From Escherichia coli (GTDB lineage Bacteria; Pseudomonadota; Gammaproteobacteria; Enterobacterales; Enterobacteriaceae): DNA of 64,000 nucleotides. How positions within the stretch are numbered: the first letter of the stretch is position 1; each line of letters opens with the position of its first letter. The stretch lies in NCBI GenBank assembly GCA_025336685.1, contig GCA_025336685.1_4717.1, one strand, 5' to 3'. The position numbers and the translations under genes are program-made. This document shows, one piece after another, positions 19,168-28,567 of the stretch. The notes beneath the pieces were generated by a model that did not search any database, was not told where the DNA came from, and saw only the letters and a list, made by a program, of their open reading frames with translations.

Positions 19168-20262
19168 ATGTTTCGTGTTTTAAATAACCTCCCGCGAACA
19201 TCATCGGGTGTGCAACCCGTCCCTCAGAAAGACTATCTAATACGCGAAGTTCAAAGAAACCTACAGACAATCCAGAACCACTATCAGGGTTTTACCTTCG
19301 CGGTTCAGAGCGATCACATCCTTGCGTTGCTGCTCGCACAGCTCCCTATGAGATACGACATCTCAGTACAAACTTACTACGACATGATTCTCGATCTTAC
19401 TCCAGAATTGGGTAATCGTGTTAAGTTGACAACATCAAGATACGCGGGTAAGTTATTCGACGGAGCCTTCTATCCGGGATTGCATGAAGCTATTATCGCA
19501 ACCGGTGAAAGTCGTCTTATTTCACGTGACGTTCTTGACAACTGGCGTAATTGGTCACCAGTTAGAATCGTGACGCACCCATACGCAAATCTTCGTTACA
19601 TTCCTCTTCACCAAAAGCAGGTTGAGGAAGGACGGGGGTTTGCGGTCATTATGGTTGATGTACCTTTATTAGCGCTACAGTATCGAATGTGGTCTTTGGT
19701 CATGGGGCATAACGTCGATGGTAAATGGGTGGTTAAAGAACCGGTTACAAGCTTCCTTGCGAGTTTTCCGTTGGTTAACGCATTATACTCACACAACGAT
19801 GTTGTCGTACGCAACCGCTGTTTGTGGGTATCTCCGGCTAAGAATCCACTCAAATCACCAATTTACGTTAACGACCTTGATAACGTATTCGACCAAGTCG
19901 CTCTGTCCGTACAGCATCATTTATTACGAAGAAGACGAAGCTACACCGACATGCTTAAACAGATACCGAGTTTATACGGGGATCAGTACCAAGCAACCCG
20001 AATGGGCTACACCGTTGATCTTCGACAAACCCGATGGGCAAGGGATCTGGGTTGTCTGTCATTATGGCAGCAACTCGTCACGTTGCAAAACGTATCTGAA
20101 AGCGTCGGATTTAGCAGTCAAATCGATAACGACCTGTACCGTGCTGCCGACCGGAGTCTAAAAGAAGGTAACTGGGAATCCTCTCCGTTACCTGGCGATT
20201 TAAGACGTGAAGTTATTGCACAGGTTGCCGACCTCTTAAAAATTCTTCCTGCTGGTGCATAA
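19168..20262 (+). CDS. hypothetical protein (364 aa)
   Basis: Plus-strand ORF convergent with the 20329-22482 gene; no motif recognised. Confidence 0.5.
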   Translation: MFRVLNNLPRTSSGVQPVPQKDYLIREVQRNLQTIQNHYQGFTFAVQSDHILALLLAQLPMRYDISVQTYYDMILDLTPELGNRVKLTTSRYAGKLFDGAFYPGLHEAIIATGESRLISRDVLDNWRNWSPVRIVTHPYANLRYIPLHQKQVEEGRGFAVIMVDVPLLALQYRMWSLVMGHNVDGKWVVKEPVTSFLASFPLVNALYSHNDVVVRNRCLWVSPAKNPLKSPIYVNDLDNVFDQVALSVQHHLLRRRRSYTDMLKQIPSLYGDQYQATRMGYTVDLRQTRWARDLGCLSLWQQLVTLQNVSESVGFSSQIDNDLYRAADRSLKEGNWESSPLPGDLRREVIAQVADLLKILPAGA

Positions 20263-20281
20263 CCACCTCCTTCTTTCCACG

Positions 20282-20313
20282 CATCCTCCCAACCCGTAAG
20301 GGAAGGGAGGATG
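20282..20313. terminator. stem-loop CATCCTCCC-N14-GGGAGGATG between convergent genes
   Basis: 9-bp inverted repeat between the stops of 19168-20262 (+) and 20329-22482 (-). Confidence 0.5.
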
Positions 20314-20328
20314 GGGTGGTGGGTTATG

Positions 20329-22482
20329 TTATTCTGCGGTTTCTTGCTTCGGTAAATAACTTGCTGCGATGTCTTGGGCCAACAATGTATTGTTTTTATT
20401 CGAGATGAAAATACCGTAACTTTCCATTAACGCATAATACGAACGAACGAGCGTAGAGATCAGTCGACGAATATCCATACCTTGAATAAAGATATCAGGA
20501 AGCCCGGAGGCTTCGATCACCGGTAATGGTATCGTTAAGTTGCTTATCGTTTTCTTATCGTTACGTACAATCCAATCACGGAAACGTTGTTGTAACCCTT
20601 TATCCTCCCATGAATCAATCCAATCATTAAGAAGCGTTTTGTTCTTCGTCGCCAGCGGTACACGAACCCCAACATAAGGCGGTTCAGAGCAATGGCCGTA
20701 CGATTGAGCAAACACCTCTTCCCACATATCGTAAGACTGTTTCGTTACTGCAACATGTGGTTTCACTTTAACACGTGTTAAGAAATCGGGGTCACCTCGT
20801 TTCATTGACTCAACGATTTCGTTTTCTAACGAGATGATATCATCAAGAACCAATCGAATACTGATCTTCTCGTTACGTAACAGCTTATCCATGATACCAC
20901 ACATCATCCGCTCAACACGTTGGACGATCATCTTCGGCGCTGATGCGTCGCGCATAACAGGGCCTTTCAATTCCAGCTTCGGTGGATTGATAGGAACCCC
21001 TTCACGCATGGTCATGTATCCGTAATAGTTTTTACCCATCGAGGTTAACGACAGGATTAAGAACATATATTCGTTCTTCATCTCCATTACGTACATATGC
21101 TCTTTCGCTACACCGATATTACCAGAACACATCGCCATCAGATGAACCGTAATCTGCGTAACCAGATAGATAAGCGTGTTTGCTAAGCGCGTCGAAATTG
21201 GATTGATCTCCATATTTCCAAATCGCCACTGAACCCACTCCTGGCAGGTAAACACCGTCGAGTCGGTATCAGACAACACACCCACTTCACGGATTGCCGA
21301 CGGAAAAGCATAAACGCCTGCCGGTTGGTTCTCGGTACGCCATAACGCCTTAATTAAATCAGCGTAGCTTTGGATGCGTTGCAGCATTAATTTTGTCGTT
21401 GCTGCAGTAAGACGATAACCGAGTTCATTTCCTTTTTCTAGCGCTACGTAAATCGCTTCCCCGTTCAAGAACTCCGTGCATTGTGCTGTAATCCAAGCTA
21501 CCGTGTTGTTATCCATGGAAGCAATAATGGCTTTAGCCTCTTCCATCGTTTCAACAGGTTCGGATGCCAGTTCACATAACGAGTCAAGAAAATCTCGAAC
21601 AAATTCAGGATTAAGCTCACGTAACGAGTACAGGTTATTGCTGTACATGTAGCAGGCACGTTCCAACGGCGTTAAACCGGTAATTAGCTCCCGGATGGTC
21701 AGCTCTTTCTCTGGGTCGAAAGTATACCGATGTAAGCATTTCGATACGTTAGCCCAAACCTCTTCCGGCGTAGGGTAATGCAGTTTGTATTTTACCATTA
21801 CCTGCTCAATGGCTTTACGATCGCTGTTACGGACAATACTCACGATGTTTTCAATTGCGATATCACAATCGTAATAATGGAAATTACCCGCAAGGAAGCG
21901 TTCGTTGTTCGCATTGGCTGAACCTGAAGCACAGCGACATGTTGTCGTTAGACTCGGATGCGCGATCGGATTGTAAAATGGGTTAAACTTGGACGCTTGG
22001 GTTCCTGACAAGCTGTTGTTATCTAACTTGGTGTTGGTTTGTCGTTTATCGTGTAACTCAGCTTCGTCTTTACGTCCGTGAGCTTGCGCTATCGACATTT
22101 GTTTCTTCTGTTTCTTACGCAACTTACCGTTTTCAACCGCAAAGTCGCTTAGCACACTGGAACGTGTTTCACGTGGATAACAGTTAGCCCATACCGGCGT
22201 GATAATTAAATTATTTTCTTTAATATCGTTGAAGTATTGGCTGAACTTGATGACTTCTTTTTCTCGGTTTCCTTCAGTACGCTGTGTTAGTACAAGGCAG
22301 TCGGGATCAACCATCCCGTATTTTCCACCAGGACTAACCGTATCAAGAACAAACTGCAACGCTTCCTGCTGAGAAATCCCACGCATGCGCATTAAGAACA
22401 GGGTATAATCCTGTACCGCTTCTTTGGTCATATCCAACGTACGGCCATATCCGTTTTCATCGTAAAAGAACGGATTTTCCAT
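20329..22482 (-). CDS. hypothetical protein (717 aa); weak polymerase-like motifs
   Basis: Long ORF containing GVLSDTDS and YDMWEEVFAQSYG, which loosely resemble nucleotidyltransferase / RNAP beta region I motifs; not sufficient for assignment. Confidence 0.5.
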   Translation of the reverse strand: MENPFFYDENGYGRTLDMTKEAVQDYTLFLMRMRGISQQEALQFVLDTVSPGGKYGMVDPDCLVLTQRTEGNREKEVIKFSQYFNDIKENNLIITPVWANCYPRETRSSVLSDFAVENGKLRKKQKKQMSIAQAHGRKDEAELHDKRQTNTKLDNNSLSGTQASKFNPFYNPIAHPSLTTTCRCASGSANANNERFLAGNFHYYDCDIAIENIVSIVRNSDRKAIEQVMVKYKLHYPTPEEVWANVSKCLHRYTFDPEKELTIRELITGLTPLERACYMYSNNLYSLRELNPEFVRDFLDSLCELASEPVETMEEAKAIIASMDNNTVAWITAQCTEFLNGEAIYVALEKGNELGYRLTAATTKLMLQRIQSYADLIKALWRTENQPAGVYAFPSAIREVGVLSDTDSTVFTCQEWVQWRFGNMEINPISTRLANTLIYLVTQITVHLMAMCSGNIGVAKEHMYVMEMKNEYMFLILSLTSMGKNYYGYMTMREGVPINPPKLELKGPVMRDASAPKMIVQRVERMMCGIMDKLLRNEKISIRLVLDDIISLENEIVESMKRGDPDFLTRVKVKPHVAVTKQSYDMWEEVFAQSYGHCSEPPYVGVRVPLATKNKTLLNDWIDSWEDKGLQQRFRDWIVRNDKKTISNLTIPLPVIEASGLPDIFIQGMDIRRLISTLVRSYYALMESYGIFISNKNNTLLAQDIAASYLPKQETAE

Positions 22483-22557
22483 AAATCCTCCAAAAGTTAT
22501 TTAGTCTGTCTACATCATCTCGTATATCTGTTAAAAAAGAAGGACGGCATAAAAAGA

Positions 22558-22583
22558 ACCGATCCAGCCGAAGCCAGATCGGT
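22558..22583 (-). terminator. hairpin ACCGATC-N12-GATCGGT followed on the minus strand by a T-tract
   Basis: Minus strand reads ACCGATCTGGCTTCGGCTGGATCGGTTCTTTTTATG, a rho-independent-terminator-like structure in the 300-bp intergenic region. Confidence 0.4.
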
Positions 22584-22638
22584 TTAAAGGATAATAACTG
22601 ACTGAAAGATATCGATGATGTTCGTGAAACAAGATCTT

Positions 22639-22687
22639 CTCTCGTGTTACAATGATGCCAGATCAGAGGGAGGTTGTAACACGAGAG
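22639..22687. other. long stem-loop (14-bp perfect stem, 21-nt loop) in intergenic region
   Basis: CTCTCGTGTTACAA...TTGTAACACGAGAG inverted repeat read directly; sits between the promoter-proximal end of the 20329-22482 gene and the 22781-23194 stop. Confidence 0.45.
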
Positions 22688-22780
22688 ATGGTTCGCCAAA
22701 GAAGGAATAAAAAACACGAACCTATCTTATTTCACTGATGGCACTAACCACTCAAAATATATAGTACCGTATGTAAAAGT

Positions 22781-23194
22781 TTACTGATTAATCAAGTCGT
22801 TAGCAACAATCTTGGTGTAACCCGCCTGATTAAGAATTTGATTAATTTTTGTCATGTCGGTCGCATCCTCGATAACGATGCTAGGTTTATAGATCAGCGT
22901 CTTGGTAACGACGATCGTGCTCTCCTTAATCCAAGGAATCCCTAAAATCACATACTCACCATCAGCTGTGATGACCTCGACGTAATTGTACTTCGTCGGA
23001 TCGTTCGGTACACTCGACGGGAGCCGGGAATAAATCTGTTGGTGAATGGCGTCCACATCGCGGCCGTTACGTACGGCGGTACGATAATTGTACACCGCGC
23101 TAATTTCTACTCCGTTGAAGTTAACCCCAAGTTCTGGGGCGTACACATCAAAACTCACAACAGAGCCAATCTTTTCTAAATCAGAAGCTGGCAT
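22781..23194 (-). CDS. hypothetical protein (137 aa)
   Basis: ORF; no motif recognised. Confidence 0.45.
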   Translation of the reverse strand: MPASDLEKIGSVVSFDVYAPELGVNFNGVEISAVYNYRTAVRNGRDVDAIHQQIYSRLPSSVPNDPTKYNYVEVITADGEYVILGIPWIKESTIVVTKTLIYKPSIVIEDATDMTKINQILNQAGYTKIVANDLINQ

Positions 23195-23205
23195 AATAGC
23201 ATCCT

Positions 23206-23727
23206 TTATTTAAAAATGTATTCATATCCGAAAGTCGTCGCCGACCAGACCCGGATAGATGATAGTGTTCCACCACGATAAAACGTTTTTGTGAACTCCA
23301 TATCCTGGACAACACGATAATAAACACGTCCGATAATACGTACGATAAGATATCGTGATAACGATCTCTCCTCGCAGTACTCATCGATAAAGTCATCGTC
23401 GATATCCGATAAGACAACATCTGCGATTTCTTGCAGTAGATTCCTCATCAGCATCTGCCTTCCTTCGGTACCCCACCCAGACAAACAGTAATCGTCTTCC
23501 GCCTGACTATAGATGTCGTTAACCGCCTGTTCGAGCAGTTGCTCAAGATAGTAGTCATCGCGCTTTATAACGTGGCGACGGCGCTCAGTGGCGTATTTTT
23601 CCATCCTGTGTTTCTCTTGTTCGGCGTATGTATTAACGACGCCACAGTCTTTTCTGGATCGTCCCACAATGCGCGACGAAAACTGGATACTACCATAACG
23701 GTAGGATAGATTTGTACGACCTCCCAC
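23206..23727 (-). CDS. hypothetical protein (173 aa or less)
   Basis: ORF in a run of frame-shifted overlapping ORFs; the true start is probably internal. Confidence 0.35.
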   Translation of the reverse strand: MGGRTNLSYRYGSIQFSSRIVGRSRKDCGVVNTYAEQEKHRMEKYATERRRHVIKRDDYYLEQLLEQAVNDIYSQAEDDYCLSGWGTEGRQMLMRNLLQEIADVVLSDIDDDFIDEYCEERSLSRYLIVRIIGRVYYRVVQDMEFTKTFYRGGTLSSIRVWSATTFGYEYIFK

Positions 23728-24053
23728 CCGTAACGATGCGTGTTAGTCGTACGACCGACATTGAACAGACATAACTGATTTAAGAAACAGAGCTGCATCT
23801 TCGTAAACAACACCATGTCTTCACGTTTAACGTATCCGAGGATATATGCATTCTCGAACGCCTCGCGTGACAAGACAGGACGATTAAGATACCGCAACGC
23901 TAATACCAGCAACGTTGTTATACGCAACGGATCTTCCGGGTCATTCATGGTGTTCAGCTCTGCTTGTAACCAGTCGGGGATAGTAACCGTCAGACGATAG
24001 GTATCTGTTCCACGATCAACCACATTCAACGTTGAAAAAGGCAACATATCCAT
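23565..24053 (-). CDS. hypothetical protein (162 aa or less)
   Basis: ORF overlapping its neighbours in a different frame; start uncertain. Confidence 0.35.
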   Translation of the reverse strand: MDMLPFSTLNVVDRGTDTYRLTVTIPDWLQAELNTMNDPEDPLRITTLLVLALRYLNRPVLSREAFENAYILGYVKREDMVLFTKMQLCFLNQLCLFNVGRTTNTHRYGWEVVQIYPTVMVVSSFRRALWDDPEKTVASLIHTPNKRNTGWKNTPLSAVATL

Positions 24054-24591
24054 GAATTCCTTCTAGCTCGAGGTTGTTCTCGACGGTCTTCGGTAATAAC
24101 CCACTGGCCGTTAACATCTGTGTCATCGAGTAATCAAAGCACGGAAATATAAGGTTAACGGTTTCCTGGATCGCGTCAACATAACTATAAATGGCTTCAT
24201 AATACTCACCGTCATGATCTACGCTAACCAGTTCCTGACACAGTTCTTCGCTTATCATTTCATATACCGGTGGATACCACGATTGAAATGGTCGCTGCAT
24301 ACGTAACGACCAGTACTCGTACGTCGTATACTGAAGCACGTCATAAGCCGATACGTTAATGCGGTCGAAGAAAGCATACTTGTCCATATGCTGATACAAC
24401 ATCGCCAGTACGGTTTCCAAGCACACCGATATCCGCACGCCATCATCTTTCCCGTTAAGAAAATTAGGTTTCTGCCGATAACGCACAAATGCCGACGGCT
24501 TTGATTGTATTATTCCACCACCAACCATAACGTCATACTCGTATCTAACGTAAAATTGAAATGCCACCAATCTTCTACACGTGGAATCCAT
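24016..24591 (-). CDS. hypothetical protein (191 aa or less)
   Basis: ORF; start uncertain. Confidence 0.35.
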   Translation of the reverse strand: MDSTCRRLVAFQFYVRYEYDVMVGGGIIQSKPSAFVRYRQKPNFLNGKDDGVRISVCLETVLAMLYQHMDKYAFFDRINVSAYDVLQYTTYEYWSLRMQRPFQSWYPPVYEMISEELCQELVSVDHDGEYYEAIYSYVDAIQETVNLIFPCFDYSMTQMLTASGLLPKTVENNLELEGIHGYVAFFNVECG

Positions 24592-25193
24592 GTACGAAGG
24601 ATTTGGTTAACTTCGCTTCGCATCACCGATAAACGACAACGAAAGTCGAACTTCTCATCGTGGCCGTAGTCTTCATGCATGAAAACTTCATCCAAAACGA
24701 ACTCAAGTTGCGTGTCTACATCACGACCGGAGATATTTCGTTTGTACAGATACAGTTCAATCGTGTCGTAAAGCAACGTATGAATATCATAATTTCCGTT
24801 CGGCGAGAAATAAGGTAATCGCTCATCGAGCATCGAAAACAGATACTCACTGTAGTTTAATAACGGGATGATGTACCGACGTCCGGTCTGTGGTGTGCGA
24901 ATATGTATCGAAACCTGACTTGGACGCGGAATAGCCGACGGCTTAGAATCGTCTCTCTGAAATTGCTCTAAAGATCGCAACAAAGGTGGCCGCATTGTAA
25001 CTCTCCAACGCCCAATTGTAAGGCCCTTCCAACATGTGTTCCCATACGTGAATAAACTCACTACCGAAGACAGGCTCGAGCGCCATGGTGAGATTCGTAA
25101 GTTCTGACGCTGCCGCATGGTAAGCATCAACATGTCTTTCCATCGACGGATCGTCTTCATTGAAAATACGTTCTGTGTCGCCAGCCCTCTCAA
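24510..25193 (-). CDS. hypothetical protein (about 160 aa if started at an internal Met)
   Basis: The first 60-80 codons overlap the upstream ORF and have atypical composition; a downstream start is likely. Confidence 0.3.
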   Translation of the reverse strand: MRGLATQNVFSMKTIRRWKDMLMLTMRQRQNLRISPWRSSLSSVVSLFTYGNTCWKGLTIGRWRVTMRPPLLRSLEQFQRDDSKPSAIPRPSQVSIHIRTPQTGRRYIIPLLNYSEYLFSMLDERLPYFSPNGNYDIHTLLYDTIELYLYKRNISGRDVDTQLEFVLDEVFMHEDYGHDEKFDFRCRLSVMRSEVNQILRTWIPRVEDWWHFNFTLDTSMTLWLVVE

Positions 25194-25572
25194 TAAGTTC
25201 GGTAATGAGATCTGTCCATGTTTCGTGGCACGTCATCATTTCCTGTTCTCGACTTAGTATTCCGATGTCTGCGTGGACGCTGGACTCGAACCGGTCTAAA
25301 AGGACCCGAAGAACATGCACCTTGTCGATGTATTTCACCGTTATCCAAGAAAGCGGTCGCCATCGACTCAGCGTCCATCCGGTACTCGGGAACCCCAAAC
25401 TCATATAGTACGGGTTGCACGGGACCGAAGACGGAGCGACGTTGTTTAAATCGTTCCTTAATGGCAATGCCCTGTTTAATGTAAATGGGTTCATTGGCGA
25501 GTTGTTTCGCTTTTCGTTTCGCGTGAGCCAATCGAAGTTCTTCCAATTGCCCAAGCCATTCAAATTGTTCAT
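24943..25572 (-). CDS. hypothetical protein (about 100-200 aa)
   Basis: Overlaps 25190-26167 by about 380 nt; the real start is probably the internal Met near 25250. Confidence 0.3.
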   Translation of the reverse strand: MNNLNGLGNWKNFDWLTRNEKRNNSPMNPFTLNRALPLRNDLNNVAPSSVPCNPYYMSLGFPSTGWTLSRWRPLSWITVKYIDKVHVLRVLLDRFESSVHADIGILSREQEMMTCHETWTDLITELIERAGDTERIFNEDDPSMERHVDAYHAAASELTNLTMALEPVFGSEFIHVWEHMLEGPYNWALESYNAATFVAIFRAISERRF

Positions 25573-26167
25573 CTGTTAGCTCCTGGGGACGTTCAACAAT
25601 CGCGCCAGATGGGCAGACATTGATCGTGATGTTAATTGATGGCATCGCCATCACTTGAGGGTTACTATTACGTACGCGGACAACATGTTCGGTTGCTGAC
25701 TTACGATCAACGCAATACTCTGTTTCTTGGAACTCAAATGCTTTTAACGGTGTTGGTTTTGTTTGATGTTTCTTAACACGACCAAGATCAACGATATAGA
25801 CATAGTCGCACACACGCTCTATTCCGTAAATACGGTTATCCGACCAGTTCTTACCAAACAGCTTGTTGTGATGATAAGACAAATATTCGGTTACCATACC
25901 CTGAACAACATCGAAGTCTTCTCGAAAGTCAGGTTGATACCAAATCGGGCCGAGAATATCTGCGAACGATTCGTGACGATATCGAGGATCATGTCGAGTC
26001 CAGGGCATTCTCTGATTAAGATCGAAATCCACCAACAATTCCGTTAATTGCAGTTTTTCCTTCGGAGAAAGCTGGCGTTGATGATGCAAACTCAAGCAAT
26101 CGATAAGTGGTAATGAAACCCACGATGCTAATGTGTACAAATCGATCCTGGCTAGTCTCTTGGTCAT
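25190..26167 (-). CDS. hypothetical protein (325 aa as listed)
   Basis: Long ORF; the C-terminal third overlaps the next ORF. Confidence 0.4.
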   Translation of the reverse strand: MTKRLARIDLYTLASWVSLPLIDCLSLHHQRQLSPKEKLQLTELLVDFDLNQRMPWTRHDPRYRHESFADILGPIWYQPDFREDFDVVQGMVTEYLSYHHNKLFGKNWSDNRIYGIERVCDYVYIVDLGRVKKHQTKPTPLKAFEFQETEYCVDRKSATEHVVRVRNSNPQVMAMPSINITINVCPSGAIVERPQELTDEQFEWLGQLEELRLAHAKRKAKQLANEPIYIKQGIAIKERFKQRRSVFGPVQPVLYEFGVPEYRMDAESMATAFLDNGEIHRQGACSSGPFRPVRVQRPRRHRNTKSRTGNDDVPRNMDRSHYRTY

Positions 26168-26258
26168 ACTCTTTTCCTAAGTCCCCATTGTTTATACACA
26201 CGATATCTGGGAATAGTTAAAATATACGGCGTAAAACGAAATAGGAGAGTTTCTGGCA

Positions 26259-26558
26259 TCATTTTCTCCCTCTTCGAATACCACCGATACCTCTTCGATC
26301 CAAGACGTCCCAAGCACGCTTTATTTCTTCCTCCCGTTCCTGATTCCAATCGTTAAATCGTTTTCTTATTTTATCCCACCACTCTCCCATGCTTTCTCCT
26401 ACACGGCATAAAAGCCTGCCCCGAAGGACAGGCTCGATAGAACTTAATAACCATCCAATTTCAATGAAGGATGGTTGACGATATGTGCGTGTTTTGCTGG
26501 GTCGTATGGTTGATATGGAAAATAACCATGCCACTGACGACCTTGGCATTTCGTACAT
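26259..26558 (-). CDS. hypothetical small protein (99 aa)
   Basis: ORF; overlaps 26444-26644, so only one of the two may be real. Confidence 0.25.
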   Translation of the reverse strand: MYEMPRSSVAWLFSISTIRPSKTRTYRQPSFIEIGWLLSSIEPVLRGRLLCRVGESMGEWWDKIRKRFNDWNQEREEEIKRAWDVLDRRGIGGIRRGRK

Positions 26559-26644
26559 ACGAACTGACCATCGCTTCGCTGATTCTCGTAAGCGAGTTCA
26601 GTACTATCAACATGACCGCAACGTTCGCAGATAAACAGCGACAT
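26444..26644 (-). CDS. small zinc-ribbon-like protein (66 aa)
   Basis: Two Cys pairs, CERCGH...CTKCQG (C-x2-C ... C-x2-C). Confidence 0.4.
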   Translation of the reverse strand: MSLFICERCGHVDSTELAYENQRSDGQFVCTKCQGRQWHGYFPYQPYDPAKHAHIVNHPSLKLDGY

Positions 26645-26826
26645 AGCGCATCTCCATTCACTTGAACTTTTTGGTTCGGTGTTAGAAAAGCAAGAAACCG
26701 CTGTTCTTCGCTTCCGCTACAGTTTCGTCACCAACTTTCGGTGCCTGTTGACGCGCGTTACGATGTTCGATGTAACGTTTCGCTTCGTCAGCGATTTGTT
26801 TGATAATACCCTAAACGATCCAGTAC

Positions 26827-27660
26827 TTAAAACAAACGACGTCGCTTCTGAATCAGGCTGCTTTCAGGTACAAAACCGTCACAGCTGTAAATAGCGTTAA
26901 CACCCATGACTTTAGTCGCGTCTTTCGGATAAAGCGTACAGAAAGCAATAGGACTATCGTTCTCTTTCGTCCAATCGTATCCCACGAACGTATTCAGTTC
27001 GGTGATCGTTGGTTCCAAACCGGTAACACGTGGATGGTTTAAGAAGTTTTCCAGGTCGGCGCTGTCAAGACGACGGTTCTCACCAGAAAACAGAACACAA
27101 AGCTGGCTAATAACAACCTGCACGTCCAGGTTGACATCCTGCTCCGATTTCCCATTTTCGCCATTCATGTGATAGCTAACAATCACCGGACGTTTCAATC
27201 CTTCTGCAGCTGCCATCAGTCCTTTAAAGGTACGATCGGCGTTGATCGTTTGACGCTCATCATCGAACGAGGCAACGATGCAACACACCACACGTTCACC
27301 GCGTTCCAGCAGGTTAGCAACCAACGCAGGACCTGCAACAGAACCTGAACCACCGCTCAGACTAAAGACCACGATATTAAATTTACCAGGCGTATGCTTA
27401 TTGAGAATGCCTGGGATTTGTGAACAGATCAGTTCAGCGTTCTCATCACGCTTCTTACCAGAACCGTCTAACTCACGACCCGCCGCATCTTTAAAGATGT
27501 AGATATGATCGTCGTCCAGTGCGCTATCGCGTAGGTTAGCCCGGCTGGTATCAACATACGTCATGCTGTGTAATCCTTTCGCGACTTCGCCTTCAAACGC
27601 TGAGCCGATTTCGCCACCACAACCACCAACAGCCCAAATATGTACTTGGTTCTCTTGCAT
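26827..27660 (-). CDS. phuZ: PhuZ-like phage tubulin/FtsZ-family GTPase
   Basis: N-terminal glycine loop IWAVGGCGGEIG and tubulin signature FSLSGGSGSVAGPALV (cf. PhuZ SLGGGSGSV / tubulin GGGTGSG); size and spacing fit the tubulin fold. Confidence 0.8.
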   Translation of the reverse strand: MQENQVHIWAVGGCGGEIGSAFEGEVAKGLHSMTYVDTSRANLRDSALDDDHIYIFKDAAGRELDGSGKKRDENAELICSQIPGILNKHTPGKFNIVVFSLSGGSGSVAGPALVANLLERGERVVCCIVASFDDERQTINADRTFKGLMAAAEGLKRPVIVSYHMNGENGKSEQDVNLDVQVVISQLCVLFSGENRRLDSADLENFLNHPRVTGLEPTITELNTFVGYDWTKENDSPIAFCTLYPKDATKVMGVNAIYSCDGFVPESSLIQKRRRLF

Positions 27661-27724
27661 GTGAACTCCTAATTTAATATGTATTTAACGTACAATGAAT
27701 CTTTCTTTGCTAAAGGGGTGACCC

Positions 27725-28567
27725 ATGGGTGCTATTGACCACAGTGTAGATCGTATCTGTCGTACAATACCGGCAGATATCCTACAGTATTGCTATATCG
27801 ATCGTTACGACTGGCGTAATCGCTATCCTCGTTCCGTAGAAGACATCATTACCGATTGGGTAATCCGTAAACGGGTTATCGGTGACATCGATATCTACGG
27901 GGGACTACAAACCGTTATTCCCCTCGATGATGCTGGCGTCACAGTCGAAGAAGTCACCATTAATTGTTATGTTTTCCACATCCCGTTGGAAGCCACGCAG
28001 GGACGTTATATCACGTCCGCATTATCCATTATCTCAGGGAGCGTGAACAACTACGGAATAAACTATAACGGGCAATGGGGTGCTTTCAACCAAACCCAGT
28101 TTCAACGTCAGCTTTGTGGGTGGAACCCCGCAAGCAACACGTTACAGCAAGGGATGAATGCTTTCGGTCCCATGAACGTTCTTAGTACGGCCAACGTTGA
28201 TATCATCGCCCCTAACACCATCATGGTGAACAACGTCACGCCGGTACAATTTCCCCTGAGTCTACGTTGTTTTCTTGCCCACGATCCGGAACTCACCAAC
28301 CTCAGCATGGAAGTTTGGAACGACTTCTACAAACTCTGTTTATACGCCACGCAAAGTGACATCTACAACAGAACCGTTATCCGTCTCGATAGAGGTGTTA
28401 CAGCACAAGGACAAGAAGTCGGTGCATTCAAGGAATACATCGATCGCTTTGCTGATGCTGAAAACACATATCAGGAATTCCTGAACGAAACGTGGGCTGG
28501 CGTTGCTGCCTGGAACGATCCACAAACTAAACGTCGCGCCATTCGACTACAAACCGGCTACTTCTGA
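27725..28567 (+). CDS. hypothetical protein (280 aa)
   Basis: Plus-strand ORF followed by a hairpin and T-rich tract. Confidence 0.5.
   Translation: MGAIDHSVDRICRTIPADILQYCYIDRYDWRNRYPRSVEDIITDWVIRKRVIGDIDIYGGLQTVIPLDDAGVTVEEVTINCYVFHIPLEATQGRYITSALSIISGSVNNYGINYNGQWGAFNQTQFQRQLCGWNPASNTLQQGMNAFGPMNVLSTANVDIIAPNTIMVNNVTPVQFPLSLRCFLAHDPELTNLSMEVWNDFYKLCLYATQSDIYNRTVIRLDRGVTAQGQEVGAFKEYIDRFADAENTYQEFLNETWAGVAAWNDPQTKRRAIRLQTGYF

Noticed and set aside
20329-22482. Assignment of the 717-aa ORF as an RNAP beta C-terminal fragment
   Set aside because: The apparent region H and I matches (SGNIGV, DMWEEVFAQSYG) are short with atypical spacing, and both beta region H copies are already accounted for by better-matching ORFs; kept as hypothetical.
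25261-25330. tRNA-like T-loop sequence (minus strand CCGGTTCGAGTCC)
   Set aside because: The flanking sequence does not form acceptor or T stems and the segment lies inside coding ORFs; no tRNA called.
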